Positions 12,603-21,582 of a stretch of DNA of 32,000 nucleotides are shown here, piece by piece. A program made the translations under genes and the position numbers. Where the stretch lies: positions 1 through 32,000 of the forward strand of contig NZ_FUWK01000021.1 of NCBI RefSeq assembly GCF_900167395.1, written 5' to 3'. Origin of the DNA: Nitrosomonas europaea (GTDB taxonomy: Bacteria; Pseudomonadota; Gammaproteobacteria; Burkholderiales; Nitrosomonadaceae). Within the stretch, counting starts at the first letter, position 1. The number at the start of each line of letters is the position of its first letter. The notes under the pieces are model-generated. The model was given only the letters and a program-made list of their open reading frames with translations, did not search any database and had not been told where the DNA came from.

Positions 12603-13997
12603 TCACAAAACATTCGGACGAGCATCAGCAACAGTCTTCCACCCGCCTCCCAGCGCCCGGTAGAGCGATACTCTGGCCTGCAGAGTCAGCAGTTTGAATT
12701 GCATAGCATTGTCCAGCGCAGCATAGAGGGTGCGTTGCACGTCGAGCAACGTTATCAGAGTCTCCGCGCCCGCCTTGTAGCGTGATTCAGCCAGATCGAA
12801 CGCCCGCCGGGCCTGGATGAGCTCCTGCGTTTGTGCGGTTGCCTGCAGGTCGTAACCCGTTACCGCATTGAGCGCCACTTCGACATTGCCGAATGCACTG
12901 ATGATGATACTGCGATAACCTGCCAATAATTCCTCATGTTGAGCAACGGCCAGATCACGTCCGGCCGCCAGCCGGCCCGCATTGAAGATCGGCGCCATCA
13001 GACCAGCCGCAACACCGTAGAGAGGGCCATCGAGAGGTGTCACGACTCCCATGCTGGCAGTCAGCTGCAGACTTGGGAACATGGCCGCACGGGCAGCGAT
13101 GATGCTGGCATTTGCTGCTGCCAGTTGTGCTTCAGCACTGGCGATATCCGGCCGGCGCACCAGCAGATCGGATGGCAATCCGGCACTGATGGAAGGTACC
13201 TGCAGCGCATCGAGCCGGCTGCTTTTCACGGTAAACGTGGAAGCCGGCAGACCCAGCAGCACCGCCAGAGCGGTTTGCGTATCGCTTGCCTGCTGGTGCA
13301 GAGCAGCCAGGAAACGCTGTTGTGCAGCCACCAGTCCGCGTTGTCGTGCCACATCCAGCAGCGTAGCGGCACCTGCCCGCCGGCGTGCTTCCACCAGTGT
13401 CAATAAACGGCTGGCATTATCCAGATTACGCTCGGCAATATCGATACGCTGACGCAATGCCGTTGTCTGCAGCCATAGCTGGGCCGTACCGGCAGTGACT
13501 GTCAGTGAAACCGTATCGTGATCAAATTCAGTTGCGCGCAGAATCGCCCGTGCAGCATCACGCCGTGCACGATTCTTGCCCCAGAAGTCGATTTCATAGC
13601 TGGCTGCCAGCCCACCGGAAAAAGTATTGTCGTGAAATGCATTGTCACCATATTGCCCTCTCCTGCTGAAATCGGCATTGGCAGACAACTCCGGCAGTAA
13701 TGGTGCGCCGGCAATACGGGCGGCAGCTTCGGCCTGGTGCACACGCGCCACCGCGGCTACGACATTGAGACTCTGTTTTTGCGCCTGAACGATCAATAGC
13801 TCCAGCTCTGTGCTACCGAAACTGCGCCACCAGTCGCGCGTGACATCCGGCGCAGCAAGATCAGACGTTGCGCGCCACTGTGCCGGTACATTGATGGCTT
13901 CCGATGGCATATTCGATTCCGGCGCAGTCAGGCTGGTACAAGCAGCCGGCAACCATACCAAAAGAAATAATACGACTCTGTTCATCTGGCGATTCAC
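12603..13997 (-). CDS. Outer-membrane efflux lipoprotein, NodT/OprM family (OpmQ-like)
   Basis: 464-aa ORF. It has a lipoprotein signal (VVLFLLVWLPAAC) and the two-repeat OMF architecture. It overlaps the macB-like stop. The track start 13997 is a GTG; ATG 13985 (MNRVVLF...) is an alternative. Confidence 0.9.
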   Translation of the reverse strand: MNRQMNRVVLFLLVWLPAACTSLTAPESNMPSEAINVPAQWRATSDLAAPDVTRDWWRSFGSTELELLIVQAQKQSLNVVAAVARVHQAEAAARIAGAPLLPELSANADFSRRGQYGDNAFHDNTFSGGLAASYEIDFWGKNRARRDAARAILRATEFDHDTVSLTVTAGTAQLWLQTTALRQRIDIAERNLDNASRLLTLVEARRRAGAATLLDVARQRGLVAAQQRFLAALHQQASDTQTALAVLLGLPASTFTVKSSRLDALQVPSISAGLPSDLLVRRPDIASAEAQLAAANASIIAARAAMFPSLQLTASMGVVTPLDGPLYGVAAGLMAPIFNAGRLAAGRDLAVAQHEELLAGYRSIIISAFGNVEVALNAVTGYDLQATAQTQELIQARRAFDLAESRYKAGAETLITLLDVQRTLYAALDNAMQFKLLTLQARVSLYRALGGGWKTVADARPNVL

Positions 13998-15973
13998 TCC
14001 GAAGACAATGCCACGACCGGATCCAGCCGCGCTGCGGTCCGGGCCGGCATATAGCCGAATATCAGCCCGGTGATCACTGCACAGGCAAATGCGCCGATCA
14101 TCACACCAAATGAAAAAACGACCGGTACCTCCCAGAAAACAAGCAATGCGCCTACTGTCAACCCAAGTATCACACCCACCGTCCCTCCTGTGATCGTCAC
14201 CAGCATCGCTTCGATCAGGAACTGGCTGAGAATGTCGTATTCCCGCGCACCGGTCGCCATCCGGATGCCGATCTCGCGCGTGCGTTCCCGGACGGTCATC
14301 AGCATGACATTCATCACACCAATTCCCCCGACCAGGAGTGACACCGCTGCGACCAGACCCAGCATCCTGGTCATGGTATCGCGCGTTTCCAGTTGCGTCT
14401 TCAATCTGGCTGCTGCATTACCAATACGAAAATCCTCGCGTCCATGGCGCTCCAGCAGCAGCGCTCTGATTGCTTCTTCAGCTTCCTGTACCTGATCCAT
14501 CGAAGCTGCTTCCATGACGATGTAGTCAGGCTGTTCCTGCGCCTGATAGACGCGTGCGCGGCCGGCCCGATAAGGAATGAATACCATATCGTCATAATTC
14601 TGGGAGCCGGATTCGGCACCGCGTTCAGCCATGACCCCGATCACTTCGAACGGGGAGGTACCAATCAGCAGATATTGACCCACCGGGTTCGACAGATGCG
14701 GAAAAAAGCTGCGATAGATTTTATGGCCGAGGACAACCACGGGAGCCAGTTCACGATCTTCCGTCTCGGTAAAAAAACGTCCTTGTGCCACACGCCAGTG
14801 ATGAACCATCGGCATGATATAAGGGCTGGAAAATACATAGATCTGTTTATCTACATTCTGATGCCTTACCAGAATCGGATCACCAATCACTGGCATGACC
14901 CGGCTGATTTCTGGCAAACGTGCCACCTCATCCAGATCTTCTTCAGTGATCACCCCTACCGGCCCACCTGTGGACGGAACATCACTGCTCATATACATAA
15001 TGGTCGTCCCCATTGATCCCATCTGATCAATCACCCGCTGTTTGGTCCCTTCACCGATAGCCAGCATGACGATGACAGAGGCCACCCCGATGACGATCCC
15101 CAGCAGTGTAAGACTGGTACGCACACGGTGAATCCACATGACGCGCCAGGCAGCCCGGATCGTTTCATGCAACCCCTGCCAGAATGGTGTGCCGGTATCC
15201 TCATGGGCTTGGGTCATCTCCAGCGATGACAGTCCGGCGTGATGCAGAAGCGGCTGTTCGCTCGGCTGCCGGTCAGTCACGCTATCTGCCACGATCCGGC
15301 CATCGCGGATTTCGACTACCCGCTGGGCCTGTGCGGCTACATCACGGTCATGGGTGATGAGAATGACAGTATGGCCAGCGCCGGCCAGTTCACGGAGCAG
15401 TTCCATCACTTCGGCGCCGCTTCTGGAATCGAGTGCGCCGGTCGGCTCATCGGCCAGAATGATATGCCCGCCGTTCATCAGGGCACGGGCAATCGAAACA
15501 CGCTGTTGCTGACCTCCGGAAAGCTGGTTGGGGCGATTGTTAAGTTTATCGCTCAGGCCGAGCCGTCCGAGCAGATCGGCAGCACGCTGCATCCGTTCAC
15601 CCGGCGGCAAACCAGCATAAATCGCCGGGATTTCCACATTCTCCCGGGCTGATTCAGTCGGGATCAGATGGTAACCCTGAAACACGAAGCCAAACGCCTT
15701 GCGCCGCAGCCAGGCCAACTCATCCGATCCGAAAGTGGAAACATCTTCTCCGGCAAACCGATAACTGCCGCTGCTGGGTCGATCCAGACAGCCCAGCAGA
15801 TGCATGAGTGTGGATTTACCCGATCCTGATGACCCGACGATGGCGATAAACTCACCTGCCCGGATATCCAGATCGATACCGTGCAACACTTCGACTTCCG
15901 GCTTGTCTCCTCCGCCATAACGCTTGCGGATACCTCTCAGCTCGATGAGCGGCGGTAGGTCAGTACTTACCAC
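13994..15973 (-). CDS. macB: MacB-type ABC transporter with fused ATPase and FtsX-like permease (PvdT-like)
   Basis: 659 aa with Walker A GSSGSGKST, signature LSGGQQQR and Walker B ILADEPT. A TM segment, a large periplasmic domain and C-terminal TM helices follow. The GTG start overlaps the macA-like stop. Confidence 0.92.
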   Translation of the reverse strand: MVSTDLPPLIELRGIRKRYGGGDKPEVEVLHGIDLDIRAGEFIAIVGSSGSGKSTLMHLLGCLDRPSSGSYRFAGEDVSTFGSDELAWLRRKAFGFVFQGYHLIPTESARENVEIPAIYAGLPPGERMQRAADLLGRLGLSDKLNNRPNQLSGGQQQRVSIARALMNGGHIILADEPTGALDSRSGAEVMELLRELAGAGHTVILITHDRDVAAQAQRVVEIRDGRIVADSVTDRQPSEQPLLHHAGLSSLEMTQAHEDTGTPFWQGLHETIRAAWRVMWIHRVRTSLTLLGIVIGVASVIVMLAIGEGTKQRVIDQMGSMGTTIMYMSSDVPSTGGPVGVITEEDLDEVARLPEISRVMPVIGDPILVRHQNVDKQIYVFSSPYIMPMVHHWRVAQGRFFTETEDRELAPVVVLGHKIYRSFFPHLSNPVGQYLLIGTSPFEVIGVMAERGAESGSQNYDDMVFIPYRAGRARVYQAQEQPDYIVMEAASMDQVQEAEEAIRALLLERHGREDFRIGNAAARLKTQLETRDTMTRMLGLVAAVSLLVGGIGVMNVMLMTVRERTREIGIRMATGAREYDILSQFLIEAMLVTITGGTVGVILGLTVGALLVFWEVPVVFSFGVMIGAFACAVITGLIFGYMPARTAARLDPVVALSSE

Positions 15974-17163
15974 CGGAATCTCCGAGGCTTGGTCGATTCA
16001 GTCTGTTCACTGACAATGATCTGCTCCCCCTCCTTCAGCCCGGCCACGACTTCACCCTGCAACCGGTTACGTATACCAAGCTGCAACTCGCGTACCTGCA
16101 CCTGACCATCCTGACCCAGGATGCGTGCCTGGTACAGATCATTCTGATCTTTCCGCTCCACCGATGACAAGGCAGGTATCGGAACGGTCAGTACATTACT
16201 GGCACTGGCAATCATAAATATGACCTGTGCCGTCATTTGCGGCATCAGCTCACCATCGCTGTTGTCGACATCGAACAAAACGGTATATTGCACAGCTTTG
16301 GTACCCGCCGCCGGCGTTTTGTTGTTATCACCCCCTCCCTGTGCCGGAACTGCCTGGGGAGGCGCAGGCAATATCTGCCGCACGGTGCTGTGCCAGCGAC
16401 GCCGATCTCCTCCCAGTGTGGTGAAATAAACCGGCATGCCAGCCTTGATCTGCCGGATATCTGCTTCGGAAACATCGGTCCATACGGTCATCCGGGTCAG
16501 ATCAGCTACGCGCAGAACTGTCGGAATCTGATAGGTTGCGTTCAGTGTCTGCCCTTCTTTGGCGTCGACCCCGACCACCACCCCGGCAATAGGTGCATAA
16601 ATGCGGGTAAATCCGAGCAGCGTTTCATTACCCTTGAGCGTGGAGCTGACCTGCTGGATCTGGGCACGCAGTTGGTCGATACGCGCAGCTGCAGATTTGA
16701 GGGCGGCAGCAGCCACCTGTACATCCTCCAACCGTGTGGCGTCATCCTTTTCCATCTGCTGCTGACGTGCATACTGCTGTTTGGCCAGCTCATGCTGTGC
16801 CCTCTGATCAGCCAGCTGGGCTCGCAGACCGGCCAATTGGGCCCGCCCGGCATCGACTGTCGCCTGATGGACACGAGCGTCGATCTCAGCCAGCAGCTGA
16901 CCTTTTTCGACCGTATCGCCAACCTCCACATGTAATCGCATGATCTGTCCTGAAACCTGAGCGCCGATCTCGACCGATTTCAGTGGTTGCAGCGTACCGA
17001 TTGCAGCGACACTGGCTTCGATATCACCACGGGCGACTGGTACCGTCTGATAGGCAGGATCAGCATCACCCTGCCACCACATGCCTGTGCCGGTCAGCAG
17101 AACAATCAGGAGAAGCAAAAACAGCCAGCGATTCTTGCGCCGGCCCGATGTGGAAACAGCCAT
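15967..17163 (-). CDS. macA: HlyD/MacA-type periplasmic membrane-fusion protein (PvdR-like)
   Basis: 398 aa with an N-terminal anchor (RWLFLLLLIVLLTG), a lipoyl-like segment, a long coiled-coil (AGRAQLAGLRAQLADQRAQHELAKQQ...) and a beta-barrel domain. Confidence 0.9.
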   Translation of the reverse strand: MAVSTSGRRKNRWLFLLLLIVLLTGTGMWWQGDADPAYQTVPVARGDIEASVAAIGTLQPLKSVEIGAQVSGQIMRLHVEVGDTVEKGQLLAEIDARVHQATVDAGRAQLAGLRAQLADQRAQHELAKQQYARQQQMEKDDATRLEDVQVAAAALKSAAARIDQLRAQIQQVSSTLKGNETLLGFTRIYAPIAGVVVGVDAKEGQTLNATYQIPTVLRVADLTRMTVWTDVSEADIRQIKAGMPVYFTTLGGDRRRWHSTVRQILPAPPQAVPAQGGGDNNKTPAAGTKAVQYTVLFDVDNSDGELMPQMTAQVIFMIASASNVLTVPIPALSSVERKDQNDLYQARILGQDGQVQVRELQLGIRNRLQGEVVAGLKEGEQIIVSEQTESTKPRRFRW

Positions 17164-17322
17164 TCAGTGAAGCCTCGGTAACGATAAAATAAATCCGGGA
17201 TTATCGATGCCATCGAATGATTTCATCGATATCGTAAAGCGATTTCTGCTGCTGTCTTCGCACACCGCACAAGCAATACGAGCGGACAGCAATCCGATAC
17301 TGCTGCAGCAAGCCAGCAGTTT

Positions 17323-17667
17323 TTATGTGACAAGCAATATCAGCACACCGGCAATCGTTGTCCCCGCGGCGGCCAGAGCAGCCAGACGTGGCAAATAGGG
17401 CAACATCAGAATGATCAGTAACCCGCCCGCTGTCAGAAATCCGAACCATACCACCACACCGACAGCCGTCCCCCATGCCTGTATACAGGGTACAACCGCC
17501 AGTATCAACAACAGCCAGCCCAGGATCCTGAAGAAATGACGCCGGCCGGAGGGCAGTACACGCTGCCCGGCCACCTGTTCATAATGGCGCGGCATGGCCA
17601 GGCTCAGGCCCGTCATTCCGGCATACGCCAGTGTAAACGCTGCAAGCGCAGCCAATGGAACGGACAT
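17323..17667 (-). CDS. Small polytopic membrane protein, DUF3325-like
   Basis: MSVPLAALAAFTLAYAGMTGLSLAMPRHYEQV... has 3-4 hydrophobic helices. The ATG at 17667 lies 1 nt after the stop of the PepSY-TM gene. I recall this pairing as typical of DUF3325, but assigned the family from memory only. Confidence 0.6.
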   Translation of the reverse strand: MSVPLAALAAFTLAYAGMTGLSLAMPRHYEQVAGQRVLPSGRRHFFRILGWLLLILAVVPCIQAWGTAVGVVVWFGFLTAGGLLIILMLPYLPRLAALAAAGTTIAGVLILLVT

Positions 17668-17668
17668 T

Positions 17669-19627
17669 TCACATTCCTCCAAAAGTAGCATTGAACAAAA
17701 TAGTCAGTGCACAACCGATAGCCAGAAAAAATACACCCTGCCATGCCCGTTTCGGTGCTCGCGCAGAAAAAACCCAGATGATCACTCCTGTGTAGGCAGC
17801 AAAACTGAGCAGCGTGGATGCCAATACCGCTTCTGCCCGGGCTATCGGCAACACCATGGGCAACAGGATCGCCAATCCGCTGGCAACTGCATATCCTCCC
17901 AATGTCGCAGCCAGTACGCGCATCAGAATGCTGTTACGGTATGGGACGGACGCAGTGATTGTTTTCTGCTGAGTAGCAACTACCGCAGATCGAGGCGGCA
18001 AAACAGGTGCCATGCTGCGAGCCTTTTGCGCCATCGTTGCCAGCAGCAGACCGAGGCCGATGACGGTCAATTCCACACCCACCCTTTCCCAGTCTCCCTG
18101 CAATCCGTAAGTCAGCACCTGCTGGCCGGTGGTCAGCCAGTTGAGCAGTGGCAATGCCAGACACAGCAGTGCCGCCAGTGATAATTGTTCCACCCAGGCA
18201 CTGGCAACAGGGCGAATCGAGGCATGCAGCAATGCCATCAGCCAGACAGTGAAAAAGGTGGTGATTTCCCAGTGCGACCGATCTTCGATCCCGACCGGAA
18301 TCAATCGGTTACTCCACAGATAAGCAATACAAGCAATGCACAGCCCGGCAATGACGGCGACATTGAGTGTTTCGATGAGACGATAGACTCTGCGCGTATG
18401 CGAACCAAATTCATTCAACGCCTTTTGCCGCCGCTTGACCATGAACAGAATGGAACCGGTCGCCATCATGATTGCGCCAGCCAGCCCACTGATAAAATAG
18501 AGCCATTTGATGGTGTCGCCGCCAAACCTTGCAAAATGTAAAGTCCCCATCACCCGCTGGACGGCCTGTGCCTCCCCTCCGCGATGATCGCCCGACATCT
18601 GTATATCCAGCGTTTCACCGGTGATCCCATCGAATATCACATTGCCACTACCTGGCGGAAGCAGATATTTTTCATTTTCCTCTTCATCGAAAAGGCCGAA
18701 CACCGTAACAGAAGCACTGCTGTCACCTGGATGGTTGACAGAAACGAAGCTGGCTCGTCTGCCCAGCTCCGTTTCAGCAGTCAGCAGCAATTTATCCAGT
18801 GATGCCACCTGTGCATCGATATGGGTCTCTTCCCGGGGAGCCGGTCGGGACAGCAACTGCGAGAAATAAGTATCCTTGTTCGGATAGTGTGCGAATATGC
18901 CCGCCGGCATATAAAGTGAATAAAAAATGGCCAGCCCGGTATAGACAATCATGAACTGGAAAGGCAGTGTCAGTACCGATGCGACATTATGCGCATCCAG
19001 CCATGATCGCTGGCCTTTCTTCGGTCGAAAAGTGAAAAAATCCTTGAAGATACGTTTATGCGTAATGACACCACTGACCAGAGCAACCAGCATGATCATG
19101 GCAAAAAATCCTACCATCCAGATACCGGCTTCCCCGGCATGAAACTCGAAGTGCATATGCACGAAATGGTGACCACCTTCGGTTTCACGATCGACCGCCT
19201 TATCCAGTTCTGTACCAGTCACCGGATCGAGTCGTGTCTGCTGAAACTTGGCATCTTCATTTTCCCGCCAGAACAGACGGATAGCCGGATCGGATTCACC
19301 CGGTAATCCGATACTCCAGAATTCTCCCCGGGGCATCGCCTGCTGCAGGTAGGTCTGAGCCAGGCGGACGGCCTGTGCCCGCTGCTCGGCGCTGCCCGGC
19401 GCCACTTCCGCTACAAGCGGCCGTTCCGGTTTCATCCAGCGGGTAATGGCATCATCGAATACCCCCAGCGTTCCTGTCAGAAAAATGGCAAACAGTACCC
19501 AGCCGGCCCATAATCCTCCCCAGGTATGCAGCCAGGTCATCCGCTGGCGGAATCCCCGTACGGGAGGATCGGATTCAGTAGCAGTGTCTGTCAAACTATC
19601 AGCATTGGATTTCATATTCGTTTTCAC
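17669..19627 (-). CDS. PepSY-associated TM-helix protein (PiuB/FoxB-like putative siderophore reductase) with a C-terminal membrane extension
   Basis: 652-aa ORF. RQRMTWLHTWGGLWAGWVLFAIFLTGTLGVFDDAITRWM is a typical PepSY_TM start, with His-containing helices (HHFVHMHFEFH). The last about 100 aa (RVLAATLGGYAVASGLAILLPMVLPIARAEAVLASTLLSFAAYTGVIIWVFSARAPKRAW) resemble DUF3649-type proteins. The track start is a GTG; ATG 19615 is an alternative. Confidence 0.8.
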   Translation of the reverse strand: MKTNMKSNADSLTDTATESDPPVRGFRQRMTWLHTWGGLWAGWVLFAIFLTGTLGVFDDAITRWMKPERPLVAEVAPGSAEQRAQAVRLAQTYLQQAMPRGEFWSIGLPGESDPAIRLFWRENEDAKFQQTRLDPVTGTELDKAVDRETEGGHHFVHMHFEFHAGEAGIWMVGFFAMIMLVALVSGVITHKRIFKDFFTFRPKKGQRSWLDAHNVASVLTLPFQFMIVYTGLAIFYSLYMPAGIFAHYPNKDTYFSQLLSRPAPREETHIDAQVASLDKLLLTAETELGRRASFVSVNHPGDSSASVTVFGLFDEEENEKYLLPPGSGNVIFDGITGETLDIQMSGDHRGGEAQAVQRVMGTLHFARFGGDTIKWLYFISGLAGAIMMATGSILFMVKRRQKALNEFGSHTRRVYRLIETLNVAVIAGLCIACIAYLWSNRLIPVGIEDRSHWEITTFFTVWLMALLHASIRPVASAWVEQLSLAALLCLALPLLNWLTTGQQVLTYGLQGDWERVGVELTVIGLGLLLATMAQKARSMAPVLPPRSAVVATQQKTITASVPYRNSILMRVLAATLGGYAVASGLAILLPMVLPIARAEAVLASTLLSFAAYTGVIIWVFSARAPKRAWQGVFFLAIGCALTILFNATFGGM

Positions 19628-19714
19628 CCGGAATAATGTTTCTCAATTTTTATGCAGGTAGAACCCCTATCTGCATGCGTCTGCGAAAAATAGAGTCTGT
19701 ATACGCACTGTTGA

Positions 19715-20728
19715 TCATGTATCCTCCTGCCGTGCTCCTACCCGAATCCAGTATCGGGTAAACAGCTGCACATCGATCGGCAGAGTCTTCTGCAATATGG
19801 CCAGTATCTTGCCGATATCTGCCAGTGGATAGGTCCCGGTTACTTTCAGCTGTGCAACAGCCGGGTCACAACTCAACCAGCCGGATCGATGGCGCCCCAG
19901 CTCAGCCAGAAAATCAATGAGCGGCATATCTCTCGCGACGATCATGCCCTGACGCCAGGCAGTATCAGCCTCACATGCCATTCCCACAGCGATCACGCCA
20001 TCACGTGTGAAAGCTGCCTGCTGGCCGACTTCCAACTGTCGCAAACGACCGGTGATCGGTTGAATCTCGACTGCACCTTCGAATACTGCCACGCTACTTT
20101 TGCCTTGTTGTGACACATCGAACTGGCGCACGGTAAAACGTGTCCCGATCGCACGCAATATTCCCTGTGCAGTCTCAATCAGCAGAGGACGTGCAGCCCC
20201 GATTCCATTCGCCAGCCGGGGGTCAGGCGCAGTGGTCACCATGATCTCCCCATTCATCAAACGGATCAGACGCCGTGTATCGTCAAAATTGACCGTAATG
20301 GCGCTACCGGAATTGAGTTCTATACCTGTTCCATCGGAAAGCGTAACAGCCCGGTGCTCACCGATACCGGTACAGTAATCTTCCGGCCACCAGCACCAGA
20401 GCCGCCCTTCTCCGGCCACCCATGTTCCACCACCCAGGAAAATCAATACAGTCAGCGCCTTGATTGCTCTGCGCCGGCTCGAAGAATGAGGAGGAGTCAG
20501 AGCAGCATGTGCCAGTGGAGAAGGAAGTCCCCGCAATTTTCTGGAAAAAACCTCTACCTGCTGCCAGGCGTATTCATGATCAGGATGAGACATGCGCCAT
20601 TTCTGCCACTGATCACGTGTTTCATCCGTCACGATATCAGACTGTAATTCCACCAGCCAGTTGACCGCCTGACGCCGCACATCTGGTGGTACGACCGAAT
20701 CTCTGGCTATTTCTTCGGTATCAGGCAT
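19715..20728 (-). CDS. fecR: FecR-type anti-sigma factor (pair 3)
   Basis: 337 aa with RRQAVNWLVELQSDIVTDETRDQWQKWRMSHPDHEYAWQQ (anti-sigma domain), a TM-like segment (ALTVLIFLGGGTWVAG) and a FecR periplasmic domain. Confidence 0.9.
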   Translation of the reverse strand: MPDTEEIARDSVVPPDVRRQAVNWLVELQSDIVTDETRDQWQKWRMSHPDHEYAWQQVEVFSRKLRGLPSPLAHAALTPPHSSSRRRAIKALTVLIFLGGGTWVAGEGRLWCWWPEDYCTGIGEHRAVTLSDGTGIELNSGSAITVNFDDTRRLIRLMNGEIMVTTAPDPRLANGIGAARPLLIETAQGILRAIGTRFTVRQFDVSQQGKSSVAVFEGAVEIQPITGRLRQLEVGQQAAFTRDGVIAVGMACEADTAWRQGMIVARDMPLIDFLAELGRHRSGWLSCDPAVAQLKVTGTYPLADIGKILAILQKTLPIDVQLFTRYWIRVGARQEDT

Positions 20729-20786
20729 CAGATATCAAACAACAATTTTGCTATAGGGTACTGATCCACCCGTAAACACTTCCTGA

Positions 20787-21299
20787 TCATCCGATAAAGC
20801 AGCATTGTTCCAGCGCTTTTGCTACATAACGCTTGACAGTGGGAACAGAAATACCGCAACGCTGAGCGATCTCGCTCTGACGCAGGCCATCGATCTGTGA
20901 CAACAGAAAAACCTTGCGTACCAGAGGCGGCATACCATCCAGCAGCGCATCGATTTCCACCAGTGTTTCCAGCATGATGGCCTGAGCCTCGGGTGACGGC
21001 GCCAATGACTCCGGTATCTGTGCCAGTGCATCGAGATATGCCTGTTCGATGCGCTGATGACGATGGAAATTGGCTACGATACCCTGTGCGATCGTAGTGA
21101 GCAGCGCACGTGGCTCATGAATGACAGGGAGTGAATCCTTGCTCAGAATCCGCAAAAAAATATCATGCGCCAGATCCGGAGCCTGCAGAGCATTGCTCAG
21201 CCTGCGACGCAACCACCCCACCAGCCATTTGTGATGATGGCAATAGAGCGACTCGATACTGCAGGAAGCAAGGGAATTTTCCGGATTCTGGATCGTCAC
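20787..21299 (-). CDS. fecI: FecI-type ECF sigma factor (pair 3)
   Basis: LYCHHHKWLVGWLRRRLSNALQAPDLAHDIFLRI (region 2) and IDGLRQSEIAQRCGISVPTVKRYV (region 4). The track start 21344 is a TTG that abuts the Fur-like dyad. GTG 21299 gives (M)TIQNPENS..., the same length and N-terminus style as pair 2 (MTIPVV). The start is uncertain. Confidence 0.85.
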   Translation of the reverse strand: MTIQNPENSLASCSIESLYCHHHKWLVGWLRRRLSNALQAPDLAHDIFLRILSKDSLPVIHEPRALLTTIAQGIVANFHRHQRIEQAYLDALAQIPESLAPSPEAQAIMLETLVEIDALLDGMPPLVRKVFLLSQIDGLRQSEIAQRCGISVPTVKRYVAKALEQCCFIG

Positions 21300-21345
21300 G
21301 ATGGGGTTCGAACAATAAAGCTTAAGCCTGATTTGAGATAACAAT

Positions 21346-21364
21346 AATAGGAATAATTATTATT
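21346..21364. promoter_or_regulatory. Weaker Fur-box-like AT-rich dyad upstream of fecI (pair 3)
   Basis: AATAGGAA-TAA-TTATTATT has the same 8-3-8 layout as the other two fecI-proximal dyads but is more degenerate. Confidence 0.3.
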
Positions 21365-21440
21365 TATTTGGAACGGATACCTGTCAAGTCATACCCCTAT
21401 TTGCAACAACATTTCCAGCCATTACACTCACCTTGAGCGC

Positions 21441-21499
21441 CTCTGACCAAGCCCTCCATGAGCCACATTACAGGCAAAATCATGATGATCGCAAGAAGC
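21441..21499. repeat. 59-bp intergenic repeat, copy X1
   Basis: ctctgaccaagccctccatgagccacattacaggcaaaatcatgatgatcgcaagaagc is about 85% identical by hand to 30330..30387, in the same orientation. Both copies lie downstream of a receptor gene. Confidence 0.6.
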
Positions 21500-21547
21500 G
21501 CGATGAAGGTCATAGCTATGTTGGGATTTGATCAGAGATTCCCTGGC

Positions 21548-21572
21548 TGCCGGCCGTTTACAACAGCCGGCA
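21548..21572 (-). terminator. Stem-loop 3' of the receptor 21583..24084 (terminator candidate without a U-tract)
   Basis: TGCCGGC-11 nt-GCCGGCA, a 7-bp perfect GC-rich stem 10 nt after the stop. Confidence 0.35.
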
Positions 21573-21582
21573 AGATGTTGCT

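Noticed and set aside
14393-15016. 207-aa plus-strand ORF, and similar ones at 16237..16935 and 17594..18181
   Set aside because: All are antisense to the macB-like, macA-like and PepSY-TM genes, whose own frames carry clear family motifs.
19652-19676. Hairpin ATGCAG-13 nt-CTGCAT between fecR pair 3 and the PepSY gene, considered as a terminator
   Set aside because: The stem is short (6 bp), and an A-run rather than a U-run follows on the coding strand. It is more consistent with read-through into the PepSY gene.
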